Below the pieces are notes generated by a model. That model was not told the origin of the DNA and did not search any database. It saw nothing but the letters and a program-made list of their open reading frames with translations. From an uncultured bacterium (lineage in GTDB: Bacteria > Patescibacteriota > Minisyncoccia > UBA6257 > GWB1-50-10): a stretch of 64,000 nucleotides of DNA. The translations under genes were made by a program, and so were the position numbers. Position 1 is the stretch's first letter; the number at the start of each line of letters is the position of its first letter. Shown here in pieces: positions 48,300 through 58,360 of this stretch. Where the stretch lies: positions 244,994-308,993 of the forward strand of contig CAVRNT010000001.1 in assembly GCA_963722655.1 (NCBI GenBank), in the 5' to 3' direction.

Positions 48300-48971
48300 A
48301 TGTTTTGGAGGATCGGTCATCGGGGAGCGGCGGGGTACGAACCGGAGAACACCTTACGGTCTTTCCGGCGCGCGCTCGAGATCGGCGTGGATATGATCGA
48401 GCTCGACGTTCGCCGCACGAAGGACGGCAAGGTCGTCGTCATCCACGACGACACGGTGGACCGGACGACGAATGGCAGCGGCGCGATCGGCGAGATGACG
48501 CTCGCCGAGATAATGGAGCTGGACGCCGGCCGGGGAGAAAAGATACCGACGCTCGACGAGGTCCTGGACCTCGTGAAAGGTAGGGTGCCGCTGGATATCG
48601 AGATCAAGGACAAGGGTCTCGGCGCAGAAGTTGGCCGGCTCCTCACGCAACGTATCGAAAGTAGAGCAAAGCCGAAAGATCTCGTCGTTTCTTCTTTCCT
48701 ACCGCGCGAGCTCGCGGCGGGGAATTTCCCCGATCTGCAGCGCATTCTGCTCGTCGAGAACGGCTCGGATGATGACATCAAGTCCGCAATCGCGCTGCGC
48801 GCTTGGGGCATCGGTCCAAAAGCCGAAAAGATAGACGAGGAGTTCCTCAAAGAAGCGCACGATGCCGGGTTGCAGGTGCTTGCGTGGACGGCCGACGAAC
48901 CGCCGCTCATCGCTAAGCTCAAGAAACTCGGCGTGGACGGAATTTTCAGCAATTTTCCAGACCGGCTATGA
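48300..48971 (+). CDS. Glycerophosphodiester phosphodiesterase
   Basis: GHRG...PENT, ELDV..TKDG, HD.TVDRTT. Confidence 0.94.
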   Translation: MFWRIGHRGAAGYEPENTLRSFRRALEIGVDMIELDVRRTKDGKVVVIHDDTVDRTTNGSGAIGEMTLAEIMELDAGRGEKIPTLDEVLDLVKGRVPLDIEIKDKGLGAEVGRLLTQRIESRAKPKDLVVSSFLPRELAAGNFPDLQRILLVENGSDDDIKSAIALRAWGIGPKAEKIDEEFLKEAHDAGLQVLAWTADEPPLIAKLKKLGVDGIFSNFPDRL

Positions 48972-49300
48972 AGATCTGGAACGCGACCAAGGGAATAGCG
49001 CTTTCGGAGAACGTCCTGGTCTTAAAGACGCTCGCCGAGAAGGCGAGCGGCCTCATCGACGTGGAGGAGCCGCACGCCGCCTTCTTCAAGACCCGTTTCG
49101 GCGTTCACACCTTCGGGATGAGCCGGCCGCTCGACTGCCTGATTTTGGACGATTTGAACCGCGTCCGCCGGATCAAGGAGAACTTGCAGCCGAACAAAAT
49201 GTTCTTCTATCCGCCGGTTTGGAAGAACGTGGTGGAGCTCCCGGCGGGGACTGTCAGGATGACAGGAACGGAGGTAGATGATAAAATCGAAATAACATGA
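48968..49300 (+). CDS. DUF192 family protein
   Basis: VHTFGM..PLD, VVELPAG. Confidence 0.8.
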   Translation: MKIWNATKGIALSENVLVLKTLAEKASGLIDVEEPHAAFFKTRFGVHTFGMSRPLDCLILDDLNRVRRIKENLQPNKMFFYPPVWKNVVELPAGTVRMTGTEVDDKIEIT

Positions 49301-49737
49301 AAAACAATATGCCGATAATCATCGTCGCGTTAGTTCTCGTCGTTATCATCGTGGTTTTGGTCATCGTCTTCGGACAAAAGCCGGCGACGCAGCCGACTAG
49401 TGGTCTCCAGATTACGGACGTGACCATGGGTACCGGGACCGTCGCCGAGGCGGGGGATACCGTCACCGTTAACTATGTCGGTTCGTTCCCCAACGGTCAG
49501 GTCTTTGACGCCTCCGCCGATCACGGTACGAGCGGCTTCGCTTTCGTCCTCGGGGCGGGCGATGTCATCAAGGGCTGGGATGAAGGCGTTTTGGGAATGA
49601 AGGTCGGCGGCGAGCGAAAGCTCGTCGTGCCGCCGGAACTGGGCTACGGTGCGCAGGGCGCGGGAGGCGGCGTCATCCCGCCGAACGCGACGCTCGATTT
49701 CGATATCACTCTCCTCAACGTCCAGAAGGCGCAATAA
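49297..49737 (+). CDS. FKBP-type peptidyl-prolyl isomerase
   Basis: VIKGWDEG..GMKVGG.RKL.VPPELGYG, IPPNATL.F. Confidence 0.96.
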   Translation: MKNNMPIIIVALVLVVIIVVLVIVFGQKPATQPTSGLQITDVTMGTGTVAEAGDTVTVNYVGSFPNGQVFDASADHGTSGFAFVLGAGDVIKGWDEGVLGMKVGGERKLVVPPELGYGAQGAGGGVIPPNATLDFDITLLNVQKAQ

Positions 49738-49820
49738 TCCCGCACCGCACATTCTGCCAGTCGGGCGCTCCGGCCCGCTAGACCAAGTCCTACCCTCCTG
49801 GCAGAATGTGCGGTGCGGGA
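49738..49820. repeat. Perfect 23-bp inverted repeat (MITE/REP-like)
   Basis: tcccgcaccgcacattctgccag (49738-49760) / ctggcagaatgtgcggtgcggga (49798-49820). Confidence 0.85.
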
Positions 49821-49877
49821 ATTACGGTCGAAACAAAAAACCCGCCCATGAGGCGGGCTTTTCGTTCCAAATTGGTT

Positions 49878-50093
49878 TTAGGCCTGCGGCATCGCCGCCG
49901 ATCTCTTCCCGGAGAAGAGGAAACTAATCCCCCAGAGACCGGAAATGCCGACCAAGATGTAAATGATGGTCGAAATGACCGACCCCATCCCGAAGATCGC
50001 GTCCACGACGTTGAAGTTAAAGACCCCCACTAACCCCCAGTTTATGGAGCCGATAACCATCAAAAGCATCGCGATCCATTTGAGCGTTGACAT
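49878..50093 (-). CDS. DUF378 family small membrane protein
   Basis: IGSINWGLVG.F.FN.V..IFG, IYILVG. Confidence 0.88.
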   Translation of the reverse strand: MSTLKWIAMLLMVIGSINWGLVGVFNFNVVDAIFGMGSVISTIIYILVGISGLWGISFLFSGKRSAAMPQA

Positions 50094-50168
50094 TTGTTGG
50101 TTCAATTTTTTTTCGGCCTTTGCTCCATTATATCATAACGGCGCGAAAAAATGGCATAATGAAAGCGA

Positions 50169-51434
50169 ATGTCATTGTGGAAGGACCTCAAAAAGATCGG
50201 CCAAAGGGTGGGGCCGGGGATAATCACGGGCGCCTCGGACGACGACCCGTCGGGCATATCGACCTACCTCCAATCCGGCTTCGCCTTCGGCTTCAAGACG
50301 CTCTGGCTCGCGCTCATCAATCTCCCGTTCATGATCTCCATTCAGGAGATGTCGGCCCGTCTCGGCTACGCGACGGACAAGGGTCTCGCGCGGCTCATCA
50401 AGGAGCACTTCCGGCCGTGGGTGCTGTATTCGATCGCCGGGGCCGCCGTGATCGTCATCACGGTAAACATCGGCGCCGATCTCCTCGCCGTCTCCTCGGT
50501 CCTCGAGGAGCTCTTGGGCGTCACCCGGGCCTTCTGGCTACCCCTCGTCGCGCTCACCATTCTCTTTTTCACCGTCGTCCTTTCCTACCCTAGGTTCGCC
50601 GCCGTCCTCAAATGGCTCACCCTCTCGCTCCTCTTCTACGTCGCGGTCGTCTTCTTCATTCACATCGATTGGCTCACGGCCCTTGAGGCGACCGTCATCC
50701 CGCAGGTCACCTGGACCAAGGACTTCGCGCTCCTCTTCGCCGCCTTCTTCGGCACGACCGTCTCGCCGTACCTCTTCTTCTGGCAGGCGGACGAGGAGGT
50801 GGAGGAACGCGATGAGGTCACGCGGGAGAAAAAGCTCAAGCGTTTCCTCGTGACCAAGAACGAATTGAAGCATCTGCGGCGCGATACGACCATCGGGATG
50901 GTCTTTTCAGAGGTCGTTACTTGGTTCATTGTCGTCGCAGCCGCCGGACTTTTCTTCGTTGCCGGACCCCAGATCATCACGAGCTTCGCGCAGGCCTCGA
51001 CGGTGCTTAGACCGCTTCTTGGACCCTTCGCCTTCCTCGCCTTCGCATTGGGCATCGTCGGCACGGGACTCCTTGCCATCCCGGTCCTCGGGGGCAGCGT
51101 GGGCTATGTCTTGGCGGAGATCTTCAACCTCAAAGAGGGGATGAACAAGACCTGGCGCAAGGCGCGCGGCTTCTATCTCGTCATCATCGGCGCGACGATA
51201 ATCGGTCTCGCGATGAACTTCTTGAACTTGGACCCAATTCGGCTCCTCATCACCACGGCGGCGCTTTACGCCGTCATCACCCCGCCCCTCGTCTGGCTCA
51301 TCGTGAAGCTCGCAAACAAGAAAAGTGTGCTGGGGGAGAGGGTCAATACGCCGTGGGCCAACTTCTGGGGATACGCCACCCTCCTCTTTTCGGTCTTCGT
51401 GGCCGTCACATATCTCGCGGTGACTTTCTTGTGA
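50169..51434 (+). CDS. NRAMP-family divalent metal transporter
   Basis: GPGIITGASDDDPSGI.TY, GTTVSPYLFFWQ. Confidence 0.9.
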   Translation: MSLWKDLKKIGQRVGPGIITGASDDDPSGISTYLQSGFAFGFKTLWLALINLPFMISIQEMSARLGYATDKGLARLIKEHFRPWVLYSIAGAAVIVITVNIGADLLAVSSVLEELLGVTRAFWLPLVALTILFFTVVLSYPRFAAVLKWLTLSLLFYVAVVFFIHIDWLTALEATVIPQVTWTKDFALLFAAFFGTTVSPYLFFWQADEEVEERDEVTREKKLKRFLVTKNELKHLRRDTTIGMVFSEVVTWFIVVAAAGLFFVAGPQIITSFAQASTVLRPLLGPFAFLAFALGIVGTGLLAIPVLGGSVGYVLAEIFNLKEGMNKTWRKARGFYLVIIGATIIGLAMNFLNLDPIRLLITTAALYAVITPPLVWLIVKLANKKSVLGERVNTPWANFWGYATLLFSVFVAVTYLAVTFL

Positions 51435-51447
51435 TACAATCTGAATT

Positions 51448-52776
51448 ATGAAGATCGACCCTAAACTTCCGACCGGCTTTAAGGACTACCTGCCCGAAGA
51501 GGCCCGGGCGCGGGAGAAGATCCTCGGGAAGATCAAGGAGCAGTTCGAGCTCTTCGGCTTTGCGCCACTTGAAACGCCGGGCCTCGAAAGGGAAGAGGTG
51601 CTGACCGGAGGCGACGAGAATTTCAAAAAACAGATATTCAAGGCGGGCCTCCCGGGAATGAAGGAAAAACTGGCTCTGCGTTTCGACCTCACAGTGCCTC
51701 TCGCGCGCGTCGCCGCCGCCTATCCGAACGCGATCCAGAAGCCCTTCAAGCGTTATCAGATCGGCGAGGTCTGGCGGGGCGAACGACCCCAGGCCGGCCG
51801 CTTCCGCGAGTTCCTCCAGTGCGACGCGGACATCGTTGGCGCGCCGGGGGTGCTGGCCGACGCCGAGATCGTGAACCTCATTTACCGCGTGATGGGCTCT
51901 TTGGGTTTCCGCAATTTCCTTATCCGCTTGAACGACCGCAAGCTCCTGAACGGCCTGGCCGCCTACGCCGGATTCCCGGCGAAGAAGGTGCCGGACGTTC
52001 TGCGGGCCATCGACAAGCTCGACAAACTCGGCTGGGGAGAGGTCAAAAAGGAGCTGACCGAAAAGAGCGGCGCGAATCTCGGCAAAAGTTCCATCGAGGC
52101 CGTGAAGCGTTTTTTGGATATAGAAAGCGGTAGCAAGGGAGCGCTTTCGGACGTCAAAAAGCTCTTCGCCGGTTCGAAGGAGGCCCAGGAAGGCATTGAT
52201 GAGTTGATCGCTCTCCAAAGGGCGCTCCTAGCCCTTGGCGTGCCGGAAAAGAACTGGACCATCGACTTTTCCGTCGCCCGCGGCCTCGGGTATTACACCG
52301 GCCCGGTCTTCGAGACGGTCCTGCCGGAGGCGCTCCAGTTCGGGAGTGTGATGTCCGGCGGCCGTTACGACGGCCTTATCGGTCGCTTCGGCGGCGTGAA
52401 CGTTCCGGCGACCGGCGTTTCGGTGGGCTTGGACCGGCTCTTCGCCGCGATGAAGGGGCTGCGGATGATCGGGGATGGCGGAGAAGCGGGCGTGCTCGTC
52501 TTGAACTTCGACCCGGCAGCGACGGAGGTCTGCCTCGGCGTTTTGAGCGACCTCCGCGACGCTGGCGTAACGGCCGAAATCTATCTGGGGAACGAAAAGA
52601 CACTCACGGGCCAATTGGCCTACGCCGTGAAGCGCGATTATCCCGTCGCGGTCATATTGGGCGGCGCCGAGATGCAAAAGGGCGTCGCGCAGGTGAAGGA
52701 CCTCCGCCGCCGCGACCAGAAGACCATGGCGCTTGGGAGCGTCCCGGCCCACGTCCAGGTGCTGCTTGGGAAATAA
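51448..52776 (+). CDS. hisS: Histidyl-tRNA synthetase
   Basis: LRFDLTVP.AR, RGERPQAGRFREF.Q, RGLGYYTG, GGRYD. Confidence 0.95.
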   Translation: MKIDPKLPTGFKDYLPEEARAREKILGKIKEQFELFGFAPLETPGLEREEVLTGGDENFKKQIFKAGLPGMKEKLALRFDLTVPLARVAAAYPNAIQKPFKRYQIGEVWRGERPQAGRFREFLQCDADIVGAPGVLADAEIVNLIYRVMGSLGFRNFLIRLNDRKLLNGLAAYAGFPAKKVPDVLRAIDKLDKLGWGEVKKELTEKSGANLGKSSIEAVKRFLDIESGSKGALSDVKKLFAGSKEAQEGIDELIALQRALLALGVPEKNWTIDFSVARGLGYYTGPVFETVLPEALQFGSVMSGGRYDGLIGRFGGVNVPATGVSVGLDRLFAAMKGLRMIGDGGEAGVLVLNFDPAATEVCLGVLSDLRDAGVTAEIYLGNEKTLTGQLAYAVKRDYPVAVILGGAEMQKGVAQVKDLRRRDQKTMALGSVPAHVQVLLGK

Positions 52777-52777
52777 G

Positions 52778-53422
52778 ATGAACCGAGAGGAAAAGATCGT
52801 CGCTCTCGCGAAATTGAAGAAAGAACTCGCCGAAAACGAGAACCTCCCGCTCCGCGAGGCGAAACTCGTCGTGGGGGAGGGCGACCCGGAGTCCGAAGTG
52901 ATGTTCATCGGCGAAGCGCCGGGGTTCTATGAAGACAAGTTGGAGCGGCCGTTCGTCGGCCGGGCGGGGAAGCTGCTCGACAAATTGGTTGAGGATAACG
53001 GCTGGAAGAGGAGCGATGTCTACATCACGAACATTGTGAAGCGTCGGCCGCCAGGGAACCGCGACCCGGAGGCGGAAGAACTCGAGGCCTATCGGCCTTA
53101 CCTCGCGCGCGAGATAGAGATACTGGACCCGAAGATCATCGCTCCCCTCGGGCGGTATTCGATGAACTACATCTTGCCGAACGCGAAGATCTCCCAAGAC
53201 CACGGCCGGGTCTTCTGGTGGGGAGATCGGCTCGTCATTCCTTTATACCATCCGGCCGCCGCGCTCCGCTCCACGAGCGTTTTGGAAGAGCTTGAGAAGG
53301 ATTTCAAAAAGTTGAAGGTCCTGCCCGGCAAATATGCCGAGTTCCTCGCCGAGCGGAGGGAGAAGCAAAAGACCAATCCCGCCGCGAGCTTCGAAAAGAA
53401 GGAGCAGGAGAAGTTGTTTTAA
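52778..53422 (+). CDS. Uracil-DNA glycosylase family 4
   Basis: GEAPG..ED...PFVGRAG, RPPGNRDP, YHPAA. Confidence 0.93.
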   Translation: MNREEKIVALAKLKKELAENENLPLREAKLVVGEGDPESEVMFIGEAPGFYEDKLERPFVGRAGKLLDKLVEDNGWKRSDVYITNIVKRRPPGNRDPEAEELEAYRPYLAREIEILDPKIIAPLGRYSMNYILPNAKISQDHGRVFWWGDRLVIPLYHPAAALRSTSVLEELEKDFKKLKVLPGKYAEFLAERREKQKTNPAASFEKKEQEKLF

Positions 53423-53490
53423 CTGTCCTTGACCGATGCCGCCCTAAGGCGGTATTTTTATGGCAGCTAATAAAAATATAGGAGGACGAA

Positions 53491-54396
53491 ATGGTCGATA
53501 TGATCACAAGAAAGGATATACCCTGCTGGTATGAAATTGGTTGGGATGCCAAAAAGACGGCCTTCATCTTGAGGATCCATAAGGACTTTATTCGTAATGC
53601 CGGCACCATTAAAAGTAGTGCTCCGATCTTGGCGGAGTTGATGAAAAAATTCAAATTCAGTTCGTTCGCCGGAGATCTTGCTGGCAAGTTTCTTGGGTTC
53701 GATAAAGTGCTCAAAAACATAGGCGAGGCGGACGGATTCATCAGCTTCATTGGCCGGGTGCCCGTAACCGAAAGGAAAACGGATAAAAAGTGCCAATACT
53801 GCAATGGATCGGGTAGGGATCCGATCTTGGAATGGAATAAATGTTGGCGTTGCAAAGGACAGAAATATGAAATCTCGGACGAGAGGAAAACAACTTATGC
53901 CCTTTCTCTAAGCTTGGAAGTTTTTGTGAATTTTGCATTTAGCCCCAAACGGCACACTTCGTCCAAGTCGGTCCAGCTTATGCAGGTGGGTCTTGTGTTA
54001 CGGCATGAGCCAGATCGCGCGGTTGTCGGCATTGGCGGCGAGATCAGTCGCGCATTGCATAATTGGATTCGGTCTCTCGGAGAGAACGTTGAGCTGGAGG
54101 AATCTTCCCTTGCGATGAAATCGGCTTGGTTCAAAATGCGTCCGTTCAGCAAGTCGGTTTACGATAGGCGAGATTACACCGCTGTCATTCGGGATGTAGG
54201 ATTTGTCTCTATGGATTGCCCCGGTGACGCTTGCGGAGTATTCACTGACCGTGATTATCCGAATGACGAAGGTGGTTGCAGATTAGCGGATCACAACGTC
54301 GATACCGTCTTCCAGCAATTAACGCTCCTTGCCGGGCTTGCGGCTCTCAACACCAAAGCCCGCAAAGAAATGCAAAACGGTCTCACTTCATTGTGA
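53491..54396 (+). CDS. Hypothetical protein with DnaJ-type CxxCxGxG Zn finger
   Basis: CQYCNGSG...CWRCKG; AGGAGG SD, own promoter and terminator; lower GC. Confidence 0.75.
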   Translation: MVDMITRKDIPCWYEIGWDAKKTAFILRIHKDFIRNAGTIKSSAPILAELMKKFKFSSFAGDLAGKFLGFDKVLKNIGEADGFISFIGRVPVTERKTDKKCQYCNGSGRDPILEWNKCWRCKGQKYEISDERKTTYALSLSLEVFVNFAFSPKRHTSSKSVQLMQVGLVLRHEPDRAVVGIGGEISRALHNWIRSLGENVELEESSLAMKSAWFKMRPFSKSVYDRRDYTAVIRDVGFVSMDCPGDACGVFTDRDYPNDEGGCRLADHNVDTVFQQLTLLAGLAALNTKARKEMQNGLTSL

Positions 54397-54417
54397 GACC
54401 TTTTATTTTCCACTAAT

Positions 54418-56391
54418 ATGGGTGGAATGGATTGGAGAAGATCGCTGAACGACGCCCAGCGCCTGGCGGTCGAGACGACCGAAGGGCCGGTCCTCGTGAT
54501 CGCCGGCGCGGGTTCCGGCAAGACGCGGGTCATCGAATACCGCGTTTTGAATTTGCTCGAAAAGGGCGTCGCGCCCGAGGAGATCCTCCTTCTCACCTTC
54601 ACTAAAAAGGCGGCCCGAGCGATGCTCGAGCGCGCCGCTTCGCACGACGGCCGGGCGGCCTACGTCCAGGGCGGCACCTTCCACTCCTTCGCCTACGGAA
54701 TTTTGCGCCGGCATGGAGCGCGGCTCGGCATCTCAAGTCGGGCGACGGTCTTGGGCGAAGGCGATGCCCAAGAGGCGGTCGGCCGGGCGCTCACGCGCCT
54801 AGGCTTTGGCGGCAAAGGCGACGACCATTTCCCCAAGAAGGCGACGGTCGCGAGGATCTTGAGCGCCGCCCGGAATCGCGCGACGTCCATCGCGGAAGTT
54901 TTGGACGATGAATATCCGCATTTTGCCCAGTATGCCGGGCAGATCGAGGCGATTGGCGAGGAATACGCGCGGTACAAGAAGAAGTTCGGCTATTTGGATT
55001 ACGATGACCTTCTGGTTTTGACCGTTGAGCTCCTCCGCGATGATGAGGCGCGGGAACTCGTCGCCGGTAAGTACCGCTACATCATGGTGGACGAGTATCA
55101 GGACACGAACCCTGCCCAGGGCGAGATCACTGAGCTTCTGGGCCGTAGGCACCGGAACGTAATGGTCGTGGGCGACGACGCCCAGAGCATCTACCGCTTC
55201 CGCGGCGCCTCGCACGAGAACATCATGCGCTTCCCGGAAAAATTCTCCGGCTGCAAGGTCTTGAAGCTTGAGGATAATTACCGAAGCGTCCAGCCCATCC
55301 TGGACCTCGGGAACGCCATCCTCGCCGATATGCCGAAGAAGTTCGCGAAGACGCTCAGGGCCACGCGCCAAGGGAGAGAACCCCCTCAACTTCTTTATTT
55401 CGAGGATGCCGAGACGGAGGCGGAACATATCGTGGGCGAAGTTGTCTCTCTGAAGCGCCGAGGTGCCGGGCTCAAGGACCAAGCCGTCCTTTTTCGTTCC
55501 TCTTACATCTCGATCCCGCTCCAAGCGGCCCTCGCTCGGGCCGGAGTGCCTTTCCGCGTCTACGGCGGTCTCAAGTTCTACGAAATGGCCCATGTGAAGG
55601 ACGTCTTGGCCTTCCTCCGCGTCGCGGCGAACTCGAAGGACGAGATCTCCTGGCACCGTGTCCTCACGCTCCTCCCGGGCGTGGGGGAACGGACCGCGGC
55701 GGGGATCTATGCGGCGGTCTCCGGCGGTGGGCGCGGCACATTCCGCGAAAAATTAGAGAAGGCCTCCGGGAAAATCTCCGCCGATATGTTCAAGATAGTT
55801 TCCCTCTTGGACGAAGCCGCGGAGGACGCGCCCGGGAAGTCATTCCGCCTCATCCTCAAGGGTTATCTGCCCTTTATGCGCGAGAAGTTCGACGACTGGC
55901 CAATGCGCCTCGCCGACCTCGAGGTCCTTGCGGACATCGCGGAGGAGTACAAAAGCGCCCGCGACCTTTTGACCGATCTCGCCTTGGAGACGCCGGAGCG
56001 CGCGGAGCGGGGGAACGAGCACGAGGAAACGCTCACGCTCTCGACGATCCACTCCGCGAAGGGCTTGGAGTGGAAAGTGGTCTATCTCTTGGGTGTCGAG
56101 GAAGGGGTCCTACCATCCAAGATGGTAAGGAAGGACGAGGAGGTGGAGGAGGAAGAGCGCCTGCTCTACGTCGCCGTGACCCGCGCCAAGGATCGGCTGA
56201 CGCTTCTTTTTCACTTGGAAGGCCGGGAAAGTGGTAACTTACCGTTCAACCGGTTATCAAGATTCCTCACTCCGCCCGAGATCGGCGATCTTTTAGGCCA
56301 GCGCGACCTCTCGGGTCTCGGCCTCGCCGCGAAGATAAAGGCGGAGAATGAAAGTGATGGCCTGGAGACCGAGGATTTCGTGGATTATTAG
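54418..56391 (+). CDS. UvrD/PcrA family SF1 helicase
   Basis: AGAGSGKT, VDEYQD, GDDAQSIYRFRG, STIHSAKGLE, EERLLYVAVTRA. Confidence 0.95.
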   Translation: MGGMDWRRSLNDAQRLAVETTEGPVLVIAGAGSGKTRVIEYRVLNLLEKGVAPEEILLLTFTKKAARAMLERAASHDGRAAYVQGGTFHSFAYGILRRHGARLGISSRATVLGEGDAQEAVGRALTRLGFGGKGDDHFPKKATVARILSAARNRATSIAEVLDDEYPHFAQYAGQIEAIGEEYARYKKKFGYLDYDDLLVLTVELLRDDEARELVAGKYRYIMVDEYQDTNPAQGEITELLGRRHRNVMVVGDDAQSIYRFRGASHENIMRFPEKFSGCKVLKLEDNYRSVQPILDLGNAILADMPKKFAKTLRATRQGREPPQLLYFEDAETEAEHIVGEVVSLKRRGAGLKDQAVLFRSSYISIPLQAALARAGVPFRVYGGLKFYEMAHVKDVLAFLRVAANSKDEISWHRVLTLLPGVGERTAAGIYAAVSGGGRGTFREKLEKASGKISADMFKIVSLLDEAAEDAPGKSFRLILKGYLPFMREKFDDWPMRLADLEVLADIAEEYKSARDLLTDLALETPERAERGNEHEETLTLSTIHSAKGLEWKVVYLLGVEEGVLPSKMVRKDEEVEEEERLLYVAVTRAKDRLTLLFHLEGRESGNLPFNRLSRFLTPPEIGDLLGQRDLSGLGLAAKIKAENESDGLETEDFVDY

Positions 56392-56532
56392 CTAAAAAGT
56401 TCGAATCCTCTCCTGTGCGCTCGGCGTTAAGAGATGGGCCGATTTTTGGTCAATTTGACGGTATTTTGAGCGCCGGGTAAAATGAGGAGGAAAAGAGGTA
56501 AAAAGGTCGCTTCAATTTTTTCACCGTAAAAA

Positions 56533-56769
56533 ATGCCCAACGTCACGATCTACACGACGCCCAGCTGCGTTTTTTGCAAAATGACGAAGTCCTTCTTCCA
56601 GGCGAACGGCGTGAAGTACGAGGAAAAGGACGTCGCGGAAGATATCGCGGCGCGCGAGGATATGGTCCGAAAGTCCGGCCAGCTCGGCGTGCCGGTCATC
56701 GACGTCGGCGGCGAGATCGTCGTCGGTTTCGACAAGGAAAAACTTTCGGAACTCCTGAGCATCAAGTAG
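56533..56769 (+). CDS. Glutaredoxin (NrdH/YruB-like)
   Basis: CVFC, GQLGVPVI, VGFD. Confidence 0.92.
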   Translation: MPNVTIYTTPSCVFCKMTKSFFQANGVKYEEKDVAEDIAAREDMVRKSGQLGVPVIDVGGEIVVGFDKEKLSELLSIK

Positions 56770-56833
56770 AACCTCGAATATCTTGGAACGGCCGCTGGAA
56801 AGGCGGCTGTTTCCATTCTATAATGGCTGGCAT

Positions 56834-58360
56834 ATGGCGAAATTAAAGACGCTCGCGTCGAAGATCTGGAAATTTTTGAAGCGGCCCTACGGCTGGGGCG
56901 GCGTCGTGGTTTTGGTGCTCATATATCTCGTCTTCTTCAGTCACGGTGCCGAGCCATCTCAGACGATGATCATCGAAAAGGGGACTATCGCCCAAACCGT
57001 CATCGTGACGGGGCAGGTGACGGCCGCGAAGAACGTCTCGCTCGCTTTTGAGCAGACCGGCAAGGTAGCGCGCATCTACGTGAAGGAAGGCGATCCGGTG
57101 ACGGTCGGCGCGGCCTTGATCGCCGAGGACAGCAGCGTGGCGGCGGCCCAGTTGGATAAGGACCAAGCGAACCTCGCGGCCGCCCAGGCGAATCTCGCGA
57201 TCCTCCAGGCGGGTGCAACGCCGCAGGACGTCGCGGTCGCGCAGTCGGAGCTCCAAAACGCCGCGACCACTCTCGTCTCCACCATCAAGAACGCCTACGC
57301 CTCGGCCGACGACGCGGTGCACAACCAGACTGATTCGATGTTTACCAGCCCGCGCACCAATCCGCAGCTCGTGTTCAACCCCGGTGACCAGCAGCTCACG
57401 ATAAACGTCCAGACTGAACGGCTGGCGCTCGAAGGTGCGCTCACGAACTGGCAATCGGGGGTCGCCGCCCTGACCTCGGCGAGCGACCTCGCTTCCGCCG
57501 CCGCGGCCGCGAACGCCGTCTTGGTCCAGGAACAATCGTTCCTCTCCGATGCCGCCGCGGCGGTGAACGAAGCATCTCCCGCCACCTCGCTTTCCCAGGC
57601 GACCATCACGGCTTGGAAGGTCAATATCGCCTCGGGCCGGACGGAGGTCAATACCGCGATTGCGAACCTCGCCGCGGCCGCGACCGCCTTCGTTGTGGAC
57701 CAAAAACAGCTCGTTTTGAAGCAGGCGCCGCCGACCGCTGACCAAGTGGCGGCCTCGCAGGCGGCCGTCGCCCAAGCGCAAGCCCAAGTGGAATTGGACC
57801 AGGCCGCTCTCGGCAAGACCGTTCTCCGCGCCCCCTTTGACGCCCTCGTCACGAACGTCGTCCCCCAGGTCGGCGAAACGATGACGGCGGGCGAGGACGC
57901 CGTGGACCTGATCGGAGAGAACAGCTTACAGGTCGAGGCCTACGTGCCGGAGGTGGACGTCGCTAAGCTCGCCGTGGGCGACAGCGCCTCGATGACCTTT
58001 GACGCCATCCCTAACGAAACGTTCACGGGCAAAGTCGTCACCATCTATCCGGCTGAGACCGTGATAAATGGCGTCGCCAACTACAAGATTGAGGTGGCCT
58101 TCGACCAGATGGACCCGCGCTTCAAGAGCGGCCTCACGGCCAATCTCACGATCGAGACGCTCAAAAAAGAGAACGTCGTCATACTGCCGCAGACGGCCTT
58201 GATCGAGAACGACCAGGGGACCTTCGCCGAGAAGATGGAGAACGGCCAGCCCGTCCAGGTGCCGGTCACGCTCGGCGTCCGCGACGAGAACGGGAACGCC
58301 GAAGTGCTCTCGGGCATTAGTGAAGGTGACCAGGTGGTGAACATCGGCTTGAATCCGTAA
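56834..58360 (+). CDS. Efflux periplasmic adaptor subunit (MacA/HlyD-like)
   Basis: TM, GKV..I.VKEGD, long coiled coil, LRAPFD. Confidence 0.88.
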   Translation: MAKLKTLASKIWKFLKRPYGWGGVVVLVLIYLVFFSHGAEPSQTMIIEKGTIAQTVIVTGQVTAAKNVSLAFEQTGKVARIYVKEGDPVTVGAALIAEDSSVAAAQLDKDQANLAAAQANLAILQAGATPQDVAVAQSELQNAATTLVSTIKNAYASADDAVHNQTDSMFTSPRTNPQLVFNPGDQQLTINVQTERLALEGALTNWQSGVAALTSASDLASAAAAANAVLVQEQSFLSDAAAAVNEASPATSLSQATITAWKVNIASGRTEVNTAIANLAAAATAFVVDQKQLVLKQAPPTADQVAASQAAVAQAQAQVELDQAALGKTVLRAPFDALVTNVVPQVGETMTAGEDAVDLIGENSLQVEAYVPEVDVAKLAVGDSASMTFDAIPNETFTGKVVTIYPAETVINGVANYKIEVAFDQMDPRFKSGLTANLTIETLKKENVVILPQTALIENDQGTFAEKMENGQPVQVPVTLGVRDENGNAEVLSGISEGDQVVNIGLNP

